From Catajapyx aquilonaris (lineage: Eukaryota): a stretch of DNA of 64,000 nucleotides. The notes beneath the pieces are model-generated. The model made no database searches. It was not told the DNA's origin and worked only from the letters and a program-made list of their open reading frames with translations. The stretch is taken from contig KZ538225.1 of NCBI GenBank assembly GCA_000934665.2, forward strand, positions 1-64,000. Reading direction: 5' to 3'. A program made the position numbers and the translations under genes. Below are positions 41,685 to 54,052 of this stretch, piece after piece; position 1 is the first letter of the stretch, and every line of letters starts with the position of its first letter.

Positions 41685-43567
41685 CACTGTACCAGAATCA
41701 TTTGAACACCTGCCATTCACCTTATTGACTTCTCGGGCATCTAGAAATTCTAGAGCATGAAGTAGGAACTCTGTAGAATCCTTTAAAGATGAGATGAAGG
41801 GCAAACACTCGCGCTGAAAGCTGAGCGAAAAAGACGAGACAAGGACTGGCCTGTGTGTAGATCCCTTAACTGAGGTAAATGTTTAAACATCTACAGTTTT
41901 AACAGTTGGAAATTGCATTACTAATAATTTTTGTATAAACAATTAACAAATTCTATGAAATGCAGGCTCTTCAATCTTTGATGCAATGCACCCTATGATA
42001 TTGATTTTTTCTTTTGGTAGTCTACTTTTTCTTACACTTCAGATGGTTAAATTTTTGTTCACAGTTCCCGCTTTGCCCTCTTTTCTTCTTAAACAAGGTG
42101 TTGTGTCTCATTCAATTAAAGATTATAAAGGCCCTGTTCATCTACCCCAGAAACTGTCCAAGTGTTGCACAGGGAAGGCAGTGTTTTCGTAACTGCAAGA
42201 ACATTGTACATGTGGTAGAAACACATGTAAGTAACACATAAACTAGTTGGATGCTGGTAATCAATGTGATAGACAATGAGGGTTCCTAGGGAGATAGTGT
42301 GTGCCAGTGACTTGACAATGTCACTACCCGTCACCACCACTGTCACTACTCTAATAGGTCCACTAATGGCCACTGCATTCTGGAATATCAATGCTCGGAG
42401 GACATTGTGTTGTTAGAGGTTGTTTCCTGCTGCTAATGTGAATTCCTAGATGCAAACAGGCACAAGGAGCAAATGAACAGTCCCCTTCCCATGTATACAC
42501 ACTGTATATGAGACTAGGCCATTATAGAACCAGTTTTTGGTGAGTAGTATTGATCATGTATGACAGAAAAACTTTTCTCAGAAATTACCATATTTATTTC
42601 GTACTTTATTTTTTATCCTTGTAATAACCATGTCCGAGTAAATGCCTACATAAATAGCTAATTGCACAATGCAATTATTTTGTCGATCTTTTATTTATGC
42701 ATAAAATTGTCATTGCAGTTTACCACTAAAATGTGACGCTCGCGGGAAAATGTGATGCTTTCTATTTACTGTATAGTTATGTAGGTATTCAGTTATATAT
42801 TAATTATTATTTGCATTTTATCCAACTAATTTGACGCATTGCATCACACGGTTGTATTGGCATCTCACAAAAAGAAAATATCCACAACCCTCATGATTTC
42901 AGCTCCAGCGGTACAGGTTTATCGACGATGTTTTAATTGTTTCCGTTCCGCTTTCAAGCCCAAGTTCATAATAATTCACGCTCTTTTTCTCGCGGTCTTT
43001 TCTTTTTTTGTGTGATATTGGCCTCCTGCAAGTGTAGAAATAACGGTCAAGTAGGTCTGTGAAACTCTCCCCCTATATGAACCTGGCCATTCTGGTTCCT
43101 CCCACAGCTGGGCTTTCCTGCCATTATGGTGTAATACGGGGCATTACATTATAATTGACATGATCTAATCTCAGTTGTGTAATAAACAATGTAAAATCTA
43201 CCTGCGGGTCAATGTGGGTCACCGATGAGGAAGCCGTGGTCTTGTCCATACGTCAGTGGCCACTGCTTGATCCAGGAAAAATAAATGTTCCTCCGAAGTT
43301 AACTTATGACACCCGAGACACTATGACTGTGTTTCCTGCACACTGTCTACCATTGTACTGCCGAGATAACCAAACCAATTCCCTATTTGACTGGTCTAAT
43401 TTAATATTGACGAAATTATCCCCTTTTAATCCCTTGGTCGGCCAAGGAACATCGGGTGTGTCCATTTGTCCATGGAAGAGGTCAATGTGCGTAATAATAT
43501 TCTTCTCTACAGAAAATATGTACCTTCAGTGATAGCGCCAATGTTGTCATGCATTAAATGTACAGTA

Positions 43568-43851
43568 CAGGTGGCCATTTCCAAATCTCCAAAATAAAGG
43601 AGATAGCTGCTATGTAGGCTATATGGTATGTATGTATATACAATAGTCTACATTTATGCAGGTTGCGAATCCTTTATCCGAAATGCTTGGGACCAGAAGT
43701 GTTTCGGATTTCGGAATATTTGCATATTTGAATTTACGTATACTGGCCCCAAAAAGGACAAATTAACGTCCTTCTTGAGGTGGCGAAGGACGAAGGACAG
43801 AGTGCTCAAAAGAAGGACTGTCCTTCCTAAAAAGGACGTCTGGCCACCCTG
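43568..43851. mobile_element. hAT-like element remnant carrying a nested Tigger-like terminus
   Basis: Termini CAGGTGGCCA ... TGGCCACCCTG with subterminal aaagga(c) repeats; no matching TSD. Internal 43659-43727 resembles a Tigger4/Zombi left end. Confidence 0.55.
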
Positions 43852-44073
43852 ACATCTGAAAAACGTAGTGTATAATACAGAGACGTGATTAAAAGTGTAA
43901 ATACATATACAATTTATTGTATTACATCTGTACAAATGCAGTCGCCGACTGGAAGCGTCGTCTGCAAGCCGAGTTGCAGTTGTTCATCAAGTCCAAAGAT
44001 CTGTAACTGCATCAAATGAATGAATTGATGTGCTACTAGCGAGCAGACACACCGGTACTCACAATGGTTCGAT

Positions 44074-44657
44074 TTAGTGTCCGTAGCCTCCGAAATCTCC
44101 ACCGTGTCCGTGGTGCTCGTGGACCTTGACTGGGACGGGCACATGCACCTTGTGGATGACTGGGACCTTGTGCACCACTGGGATCTTGTGTATGACGGGG
44201 ATCTTGTGTACCACGGGGATCTTGTGTACGACAGGAACCTTATGGATGACGGGGATCTTGTGGACCACAGGGATCTTGTGCACCACAGGGACCTTCACCA
44301 CCACGGGGATCACCTTATGTTCCGTTTTCTGAAAATGATGGGGAGTTTCTTGATACCACTTAGGATACCATTAGGGAACAAAAACGTTCAAGTTGTTGTT
44401 CTAAGTACTTTTGGGATCACACCGGAAGGGCACAAACTACAGTAACACCATGGACTTACGTCGTGGTGACCACCATCGCCACCTCCGAACCCGCTGAACC
44501 CTCCAAAGTCTCCATGACCTCCAGCCTGGGTACCAACAATCACAGCAGCAGCCGCCGCCAAAAGAAGTGCCTGTAAACACACCAACACATGTCACTTCCC
44601 GTGTCCATCTTCCCGGTGTCACCGCCTGGACATCACCATACTTACCAATTTTGCCAT
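44074..44657 (-). CDS. Small secreted His/Lys/Pro/Val-repeat protein, cuticular-protein-like (low complexity, PV-repeat type), 3 exons, 125 aa
   Basis: Exons 44657-44646 (MAKL), 44570-44460, 44328-44074; both introns GTAAG..CAG, phase 0. Signal peptide MAKLALLLAAAAAVIVGTQA, Gly/His-rich ends, central HK[IV]PV[VI] repeats. AATAAA on minus at 43913-43918. Confidence 0.88.
44148..44300 (-). repeat. 18-bp coding tandem repeat (HK[IV]PV[VI])
   Basis: Seven full hexapeptide units plus degenerate flanking units in exon 3. Confidence 0.9.
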
Positions 44658-44709
44658 TTTTGGTGAGTGTGAGGTAATTTTAAGTAACTGTGTATGAACT
44701 GGGTGCCGG

Positions 44710-44752
44710 TAGCTGAATGCTGCTCTGGAACACACCTCAGCCTTTTATATGC
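44710..44752 (-). promoter_or_regulatory. TATA/Inr core promoter of the cuticular-type gene
   Basis: Minus-strand TATAAAA (44749-44743) about 30 nt upstream of Inr-like ATTCAGCT (~44715), ~60 nt before the ATG. Confidence 0.7.
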
Positions 44753-46671
44753 GGGCTGGGCCAGACACTTTCACGGCAGGCCGACCCCAGAAACGCAAGG
44801 GTTAACACAAATTAAGTAAGAGCGACTGTACATTCTGCGTATTTGGTGTACGTGTATATGCCGGATACTCCTCCAGAACCGTGGAACCCTTTTGTTTTGT
44901 TTTTTAATTTTTTTTCCTTTCCGTCTATTTCAAAATCATGTTGGGACCTCCCAAGGACGGGATGCTGAAATTCAGATTCTTATCATGGACAGTGATGGAC
45001 AGAATTGGGTGTCAGGGTTAGTGTCACGGTGAGCGACACTGTTGAAAAATGAAGGGTATTGACACTATAGAGGCAAAGGGCAGGGTAAGGGAATAATGAA
45101 CTTGCACTTTCTACTTCGTCACCCAGGGAGGAGGACCACAATGACCACTTACACTTTCTGTGACAATTAGCAGAGCAGCGGTACGCCTACTTGTTCTCAT
45201 GCTAAGGCCGTTAAGGATTTAAAACCGCTTACAGTTGGAGTTGTACAAGGTACGGAGTGGGATTTATGATAGGTATTTGTTGCGAATTTGTTACATAAAT
45301 AAGGATACATCTCGTGACTAATGCTCATTAACACTATTACTGAACATTGTTGCTCAGAGGATAATGTGAAGACAATAAAAAGGATTTCTATCAATTTTTC
45401 TTGGTGGAGTTCATTGGCAGTAATAATTAGCATTACGATAAAATGTATGGTTCTCGTGGAACACTTGAAGCAACTTGAGAGTCGCTCAACATTATGTGCC
45501 AACAAATGACATATGAATAGTGTAATTAAATTGTAAAAAAAAAACGGTAGCTCTCTGGCTGCACGGAACTGTACGAAAGAGAAATATTTACACAACAAAT
45601 GGTTACATTGTATTGTATAAGAACACATTAAAGCCAGTCAGTGATTGCTATCAGCAAATGCTTCATGAAATCGTTGTGTAACATTGTTGCAATGGATAAC
45701 ATTGATTTATTTGACTCCTGCTAGATATTTGCATTTTCTATGAAAAACATTTCAACATGACTTTACAAAAATTTCAGCAACCAAATTGTTACTGTCCTCT
45801 AAGATTACAAGATAACGCCGTGTGTCACGTCTCGCTCCAGTTTGTACCGTTGCATAAAAATGAACCTAATGACACCGAACTAATTAGCAAAAACAAGTAC
45901 CACTTATTTTCGTCACTCGGGAAATAACGCACAGTTTGTAGACCGCAAATGGTCCAACGTAATCCACGGAAATTATTCAGCGCTTATTGGAGCATCACAC
46001 ATTGCTCTTCGCAATCCAATATGACCCTTTTAGCCACGGTCTGACGGATCCCAACGTAAAGGGCATGGCCGAGGAGATGTGCCGGGAGTAAAGGACCCAA
46101 ACAGACCCCAAAAGACTCTTGTTGAGAGAGAGGAGTGAAAGTGCGAAAGAGAAATCGCCTTCCACGGTGGCTGACTAAAAGGTAAAGTAACCGTGTGCAT
46201 GCAACGTAGCGCAGTTGGGCGGGATTGTGGAACGGAAGTGTAACCCTCTCCACTTGATGATTATATCTAACTACCCATTTCTCACCAATTTTTGCATTAT
46301 TAAAAAAAATATGTATTTCAAAACTGGGATGTTGCGTATGTATACGCGACACTGTGTGGCAATGCAATAGGACATGAAGCCTGGAGGTTATACGTCTCAA
46401 CCTATGGACATATGGAGGTCACTTCCTCGTCCACTTCTCAGCAAATTGCACGAACATGTGATAGCTCCCGGGGTTAGTTGCAGTTGAATTCTGAGTATAT
46501 GTTTGTTGAGAAGTATGCTCCAGGCAGTACAAGTCATAAACCACAATTATTAGGACTCGATAATCATCCAAGCATATCAATTCCTTCTTCCGCATAAATA
46601 ATGCTGCATTACCAGTTCCGTTCATAAGGATGAAACATGGACGCATTGATGAAAAAGAAAAAGTCGAATCT

Positions 46672-46743
46672 CGGTCAGGAAAGAGTGAAGTAAATGAGCT
46701 TTACGACAGAAAAATGCATGTATGTCGCTTTCAGGAAACGAAA
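46672..46743 (+). mobile_element. Possible decayed fragment of a non-LTR retrotransposon (RTE-like) AP endonuclease
   Basis: Translation SGKSEVNELYDRKMHVCRFQETK resembles the GK..EL..L.RRK.DI.CLQETK start of LINE endonucleases; short match only. Confidence 0.35.
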
Positions 46744-49650
46744 GTAAATACGCTTCAAGCAATCCCCATACTGGTTCTCCCAGGTGCGAAAAAAAAAATT
46801 GCAAATAAGAACACACTGAAAATCTAGTTCAACTCATCGTGTCTTGTGGAGAACAATGACACTTGCAAATATTACACCTGAATAGTCTGATTCCAGATGA
46901 GTGACCCTATTGTTGCCAATATCGGGCCAAGGGCTGACCGCTTCTAAGAAAGTAAAATGACCCCTACTGATAGGACAGTAAAGTTACTCCATTGCGCTTG
47001 AGCAATCCAACCTTGGCAATAACCTGAGATGAAATCTGGCTGTTGGTCAACAATATGAGGTTGTGGCAATTTTGTTATTGGTCTCATTCTTATGCTATTC
47101 CTCCTTTTCTCCTCTTTGGGGCCTTCCCATACTTTCTCCAGCCTCTCTCCATGCTCTTAATACGATTTTTTTTTTTTTCAAAGAGTCCACTTGCTGCACC
47201 CCTTCCTTTAATTCAGATATGTTTTTTTTTTTTACTAAATCGTACGCAACAAACCGTTGCATGTGGCTTCCCAACAGAATTTAATGGGTGTAGATTATTA
47301 AGGAAACGGGGCCAGCACAGGTTGAGGAAGCACGGAAAGCTTTCAAACACCTTCCTCGAAAACTGTTTCTTTTAATGCTGGCAATACAGGGGGACAATAA
47401 TAAACAGTCTGACAATGTACACATTGTCACGCTTTCGGGAATGAAATAGTCTGTACATTTTCGTTCCTGTGGGGTGGGTTGAGTAATTAAGGAATTGCTG
47501 ATGGAGGTAATTAAGAAAAATTCTCATAGGCTGTTTTTTCACATGGGAAGGGAGGGTTTCAGCATGGCCTGGAATCGGGTGCTAATTGCTAGGGAACATT
47601 GTGTTGGTGGACGGTGGACAGGGCTCTGGTTGATGCGTTTTATGAGAAAAGGTCTGGTTTCTGGGCGGTGGGATTGTTGAGATGTGAATCTGGGTGGTGC
47701 TCCCACTGGTTGTGCATGTGCAATGGTGTAGCCTTGGGCTGGGCTTCTGGCTAGTAGTGTCCCAACGCCTGCTGTGACCATGCCTCGCCATGCCTAGTGG
47801 ACATCCGGCTGCGTGGATGGATGTAGAGTATGCCCTCCAGCTTCTTCATGGCATAGTATGATTCTTTGAAGGTGGTCCTAATCATCCTTGATAAGAACAA
47901 TCAAGAGCGAATAACAATCACTAAGTTTCAGTGACTGCGACCACCTAAGGCAGAAGATTTTCTCATGCGGAAAGGATTTTGATGGCCTCTCTTTCTCCAT
48001 GTAATCTTTGATCTGACATGTACAGTATCAACTGGACAACTTCATTCTGTGTTTATGGACTGGTATCATATGCAAGCTCATAATAATCGTGGCAGTTTGT
48101 AGTCCTTGTCGAGTATTGGATCAGCTTGTTACCACAATAGGGTTCCTCAAGCTTGAAGAGGTGATTAAACCCATTAGGGGTCATCCGTAAAGTTCGTCAT
48201 GCTGGTATTCCTAGAGGTTTACTCCGTGATGTGGTGCTCATTATTACTCAAAAGTCCATTTTTGTGAGGATAAACACCCAAGTTGGGGGTGGGGATGGCA
48301 GCAACAGTGGGATGTCCTTTATGATGGGGAGGGGTAAATTTTATCCAACTGCCTGCACCACATCATGCCTTGCCTGAAACTCAAGTTTTTCACTAATAAT
48401 TCATTTGTTACACCTTGCACAGCACAATACGGCAGTGAACCAGGCTTCTCCCTGGTTTTCTCCACAGGACAAGCTTCGTCGTAATAAAAAAATTGAGCTC
48501 TTTGAGAATAATTTATTACAAACGTACCCTACAATATTCGATGGACATGCTCATACATATGATGTTGTGTAACCTGAACAATCAGGTGAAGAGACAAGAG
48601 GGAATAAAAGAAAAATAAATCTGAGAAAAAGATTGATTTTACTGCTGCATTGTGTCTAACCGTACCATACATCCCATGGCGGCAGCAGGCAAGTGCAGGG
48701 TGAATCTCTACACAAAGCAATAGGTTCTCTGAATATTCAGAACTCTCAGTGACACTTATGTCGATTCAGTACTCTTGACCTTAGTTTAAAGGTAAAGGGA
48801 AATTATCTGCCCTTCTGGTTTTATCAGGGGTCAAAAATATCTCGTGATCATCTGCTATCCCCCTATTGAGGTTGGCCTCTATTAAGGAAAATATACACGA
48901 CTTTCATTATCCATGACAAGAAAATAGGCCTGCCCTAGTAATTTATGTAACCACTGAACACCAGCAGCCGCTACATATTCTTTTGTCTCCTTTTATTAAA
49001 GTAGTCACGTGATGTTTCACGTCAACCTACACTATAGTCGAGATGTCAGTACCCTGTGGCAATTGCAGCTCAATCTCGCTCGACTGGTAATAAAACAAGC
49101 TGGAAACTTCCATTCATAGGACTAACGCAAACAATTTAATTGGCTGGTGGTCAACAATATATTCAGCTGCTCCTCATTGCATAATTTAACACACAAAACT
49201 GCAGAGAAAAAAAAATCAAGAAATTAATGAGCAGCCTTGTGCACCTTCAAACCCATGCCCATGATTTTATAAAAACTGTCTATGGGGCATGTCATTTCAA
49301 CAATATGGCGACCAGAACACATGTAAAAAAGAAACACTGTACAACTATTCGTAATTGGATCACAGAACTCCTTTAAGCTTGCAGGCTGCATGGCATCTTG
49401 AACTTGCTCTTCTTCCAGACACTACGCTGATGTTGCCAAGCTCCGTCTTTCAATAAGTCCAAAACTGGGTGGGCAGCATCGCCGCTGGCCCTGCTTCACC
49501 TCCTCCTCCCCCTCCTCCCCAACCCCACCACCCTCCACTGGAGGCAACTGGTGTCCACCAACCAACCAGTGTCGATGCCATTTCATGGGTGGCCACAGAG
49601 TCATCAGGGGAGGTCATGGGGACGGTTGCTTCCCCCCCATTCCCCCACCC

Positions 49651-52600
49651 TCACCGAGACAGAGAATGGCTCCTCTCCCTGAGCTCGGAAGACCCAGCTC
49701 CACCTTGTGTCGCCGAATCGGTCCCCTCTCCCTTGCGGTCATCTCCCAGCCGCTGATGTGGGGGAATCTTGTCAAAAAAAGGGTGGCGGATAGCCTCTGC
49801 CAGACTGATCCTCTGGGATGGCTCATACTCCAGCATGCGTGCGATCAGATCAAACAGGAGCCGGTGGTCCTCCTCATCTGACTTCAGGTAACGCTGGTGA
49901 TTAAGAAGTAACATTGTAAGCGAAGGATTACTCATTAGCTCTAAATGGAGCTAGCCACATTCTAATGCAGGGTGTCCCAATATAATACAGTACACTCCTT
50001 ACAGAATTTCTGCTTACTTTGCAGATTTTCAGTGAGCAGAATCTTGATTTCATACTTAAATCCCTCTACACAGTATATTACATGCAAACAAACTACTCAC
50101 CCGTATAGGCTGGCAATTATCACGAACGTATCGTCCTGCAGAGCTCTTATCATCCCAGTCCAGTTTTCCACGGCTGTAGTACTTGGTCCTTGTCTTGCGT
50201 GCCATTCTGTAACAGGCGCATTTGTTATACAGTAATTATGCACTCAACATGTAACAAATATTAAGATCTTTGCTTTTATACCTGGATGGTACAGGGCCCA
50301 GGATCCTCTCCATCATAGCCAAGTGCTCCCTGTTATCATGTGTCTGGAAGAGGGTGATGCCCAGGTACAGCTCAAACATGATGCAGCCAACAGACCACAC
50401 ATCGCATGGCTGAGACCAGCCCAATTCTAGATGGGGGAGAAAAATGTTAAACATGTACATTCATAATAGTAACTGAATGATTTTCTATATCAATTTGAAA
50501 AGTTGGTGTGCAAGCCCACAATCTTCAAGACATTTCTGCGTATGAGGGTTAGTCACATTCTCAAGTCACACCCTCATGAATGCAGGGTGCCGTAAAATAC
50601 AACATACAATATCTACGGATTTATAACTTTGTCAAAAACATCCCAGAATCTATTGAACGTAAGCTCACTCACCCAAGATGACTTCTGGTGCTCTGTAGTG
50701 CCTGGTCGATACAATGGTGCTGTGGTGCTCATGGTCAAAGGTGGCACTACCAAAATCGATCACTTTCACATCTGTGTTCTTCACTTTCCTCACTCCTTTC
50801 TTCTGTGGACAATGTGGGAAAAGCAGTTAGCAATAATATTCAACTGACCCATAATGTCTCAAACAAGTACAAGAGGTTTCAATGTATGTGACACCAGCTG
50901 ATAGTGCTGCGAGCACCAGTTCTGTGCTGCGAAAGGAGCCGTAAGTGCAAAGGGACACTTGGCTGACGCCTAAGAGCAGTGAAGAAGGAGAACAGCCCTG
51001 TCATCAAAGTGCAAACTGTCCCCTTCACTTTCACCTTTCACATTTTTAGCTAGTACCACATTTGTAACCACTTATACTTGCCAAGCACCCACCCATCCCT
51101 AAGTCATGCAACATCACTAGGTCTGTGCACAACTAGATTCCTTGAACATCTTTATATTTATTCTCAGAGGAATGAGCAAAAAGTGAACAAGAACCAGATA
51201 AACTGTACAGGTTATGACTGCAGTGGCGTATCGCACAGCGCTTATGCACCCATCTGATTTTGCCAACCAGATAAAAGAAATTGAGTATTTTTTGGAAGCC
51301 CTGCCACCAAGCAGTTATAGCGATACGCCGCTGCGCAATGGACTGATAGCCACTTACTGCAACGTTGTCAAACAAGGTCTGGTCTTGTATGTCATTCTGT
51401 ACAGTTGGAGTTGCATCATTTTGGGTCTGAAAGGTAATGTGCCATTTCAACACACTTCACCCCCCCTGCACAGAAACCTTTTGTACAGGCCCGTTGGAAT
51501 GAATATGTGAGGAGGAGGACAGGAAATGGACCTAGGTGGAAGGAAAGGCAGTAATGTGAATGGAGTTTAGTTGCACACCACATTTTTGGAATCACACAGC
51601 AGCAGACCCACTCAAGGCAAACCACTCATCAGCCACACCATAAAATATGACAACACTCTTTAGGTGAAAACAAGTAATGGGCAAGTACCAAACCACATAT
51701 ATCTCCAATATCACACACATACACAATGTACTATCAGCATAATATTATTGCGGACACTCTCCCATAAGTATGTGAAAGTGTCTGGAATAGTATTGTGCTG
51801 ATAGTGCACGAAAATTTCTACCACACCAACAATGCTACCATGTGCCACAAGGAAGATAAAAATACAAAATTATGGTAATTGTAGTTTGGTTAGTGTTATC
51901 TCCACCACACGGACCAAAGTCATCTAAAAAGTTCAATTGCGCTAGCAGCATGTAATTTATTCAAATTATGAAAGGCAACAGTAGCATAAGGCTGCATAAA
52001 AATCCATGACATTACCACCTGCGAAAGTGAATGTAAGAAAGAGACACTGCAATCCATGTAGCATAGAGGAAGTGGTGAAGATTCCAACTAAACCCAGCAT
52101 TAACTTGCTTACCCGCTTGTCGTATGAAAGCTCGTAGTCTGAACTGACGAAGAGGATGTTCTCTGGCTTCAGATCAGTATGGGTGAGCTTATTGTCGTGT
52201 AGAAATTTAACAGCATGGCACAGCTGATAGGAGATGTGCCTCACCTGATCCAGTGGGTATGGATTGTAGTTGTTGTCCTTCTGCAAATAAATTAAGGCAT
52301 TGTGAATGAGGTTACCAAAACAATTTCAGGGTTTATTCTTCTCCTTCTCTTACCAGAAAATCAAACACGCTGAGGCCCAACATTTCAAAGGCTATGCATA
52401 CATGACCATGGTAATCAAACCAGTCCAGCATCTTCACACACAAACTGCAAGGCAAGAATATCTCATGTCAGTCCACATGTCAACACGTCAAGTCCATGTC
52501 AACTCACTTCTTGCCCTTAGGATCCCGTTCTGCTAGCTTGTCGAGGACATTAATCTCCAGCTTGGCGGCTTCTCTGTATTTTTCCACGTTTTTGATGATC

Positions 52601-54052
52601 TTGACAGCCATGCCTTGATCGCTGAAAAGATACAGATATTCCAGTTAATAGTTTTCGTCCTTGCAACTTAAAACTTTTGGCAAGTCAAATGCATTTTGAC
52701 TCGGCCACTTTATACATATATAGTGTCTCATGAACACCTGAAGACAACACAACTTCATTCCAACAATTTCTCAATCCAAGAACCAGCTGGGCAGAAGGCC
52801 AGACAATCCTGTAAATTGTCTGAACCGAAAATAGAAGTGGCTCACCACTGCATATCGTCAGCACACACGCAAAAAGAAAAAGGAAGATGCGCGAAAGAGA
52901 CTATTTTCTAAAGTAGTCCTCAAACCAGGTAATTTCTCCCTGTTTATTTACAAGTCTAGATGCCAGCTAAGGTGCAGATCTCTGCCTCATTTACCCATAC
53001 TTTTAGCTAGCCAACGGAATGTTTTTAGCCTGGCTCCAGTCCAAGGTTGTAAGCTACTAAGTAGGCAAAATGAGAGGAGCTCAATGTAGTTCGGAGCAGC
53101 TTTCATTACTTAAGAGCAACACCATCAATGGAGCGTTATCTATGCTCTCTGGTTTTGAGTGCCGCGGCAGAAGTTTCTCAGTTTCACACAACAGAAACTT
53201 GGATCAAATCCCACCACTACTGGCAAGAGAAACCTGCATTGTAAAAGCTTGCTATTTACAAGAGAAGCTAAATAACTAAGCGTTCTTACGTGTGTACATC
53301 CTTGACTTTGACCACTTTGCCAAAGGTGCCTTCACCCAGGGTGCTCAAGATCTTGTCTGAAAAAGAGTAATAATAGCAGTTAATATACGACTAGGGACGG
53401 GGTACCCCATAGCCAAAGTCCATCCTGAAGTTTTACAAAATAGGGAAAAAAAACTTAAGAACAAAACCCCAGGTTATGTACGAGCAAGTACTGTAAACCA
53501 GTGCTTCTAAAAATGGACGGACTTTCTTTTCCTGGCATGGGAAGCCCCCAAACTCCTGCATACTTGTCCCCACCCTGAGCAAATCAACCCAGGGGAGTCA
53601 AAGTACACTGACCCCTCCTGAAGAGGTGCTTGTGGTTCCAAAAAAAATTATTTTTTAAACCCCCAGTTGAGATGCCAGCCCACCCTTGCCAAAAATGAAC
53701 AGCATTGGAACTGCAACCTCTCTGCACTTTGTGCGTGTACTGTGTCCCCCCAGCCCCCCGTCCTGAAAAGGAACGTGTCATCAGCCTCAACCTGCTCTCC
53801 TCTCCTCCCTTTTTCCCTGCCCCCTACAGTACTTAGTTTCTCTCTCTCTTTCTCTCTTTCCCCCAGACCCTCATTCTCATCTCTCAAAGTTGAGAGACAC
53901 CTGAGATCTATAGCCCATGTGCAACATAGGAGGCAAAAGCTAAAGTTTAACGGACAAAGCCATATTCACGAACATCTGTCTTGGAGCATGTCCCCATGGC
54001 GATAAATGAGGTGGCCCTCTTCATCATCCTCCACTGACGGTGCTCTCGAGCT
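49651..54052 (-). CDS. Doa: LAMMER dual-specificity kinase Doa/CLK, nine common exons (380 aa catalytic portion)
   Basis: Exons 54052-53974, 53356-53290, 52621-52508, 52444-52354, 52280-52113, 50802-50673, 50426-50282, 50206-50101, 49893-49651. GT-AG, total 1143 nt. Motifs [59 protein letters not shown]-terminal RSHSLSR. Confidence 0.97.
51358..51426 (-). CDS. Doa: Candidate in-frame Doa cassette exon (69 nt, [23 protein letters not shown])
   Basis: Acceptor attacctttcag|, donor GCA|GTAAGT, 23 codons with no stop, phase 0-0 inside a phase-0 intron. Confidence 0.55.
51727..51808. repeat. Imperfect inverted repeat (32-bp arms) in a Doa intron
   Basis: 51727-51758 pairs with 51777-51808 at 27/32 Watson-Crick positions; the inner 18 nt are also partly self-complementary. 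Confidence 0.85.

Noticed and set aside
44077..44445. Antisense ORFs with DGDLV and TGILC repeats
   Set aside because: Shadow frames of the 18-bp repeat; signal peptide, splice sites, TATA and poly(A) signal all support the minus-strand gene.
51214..51510. 98-aa plus-strand ORF in a Doa intron
   Set aside because: No recognisable homology; overlaps the better supported minus-strand cassette candidate.
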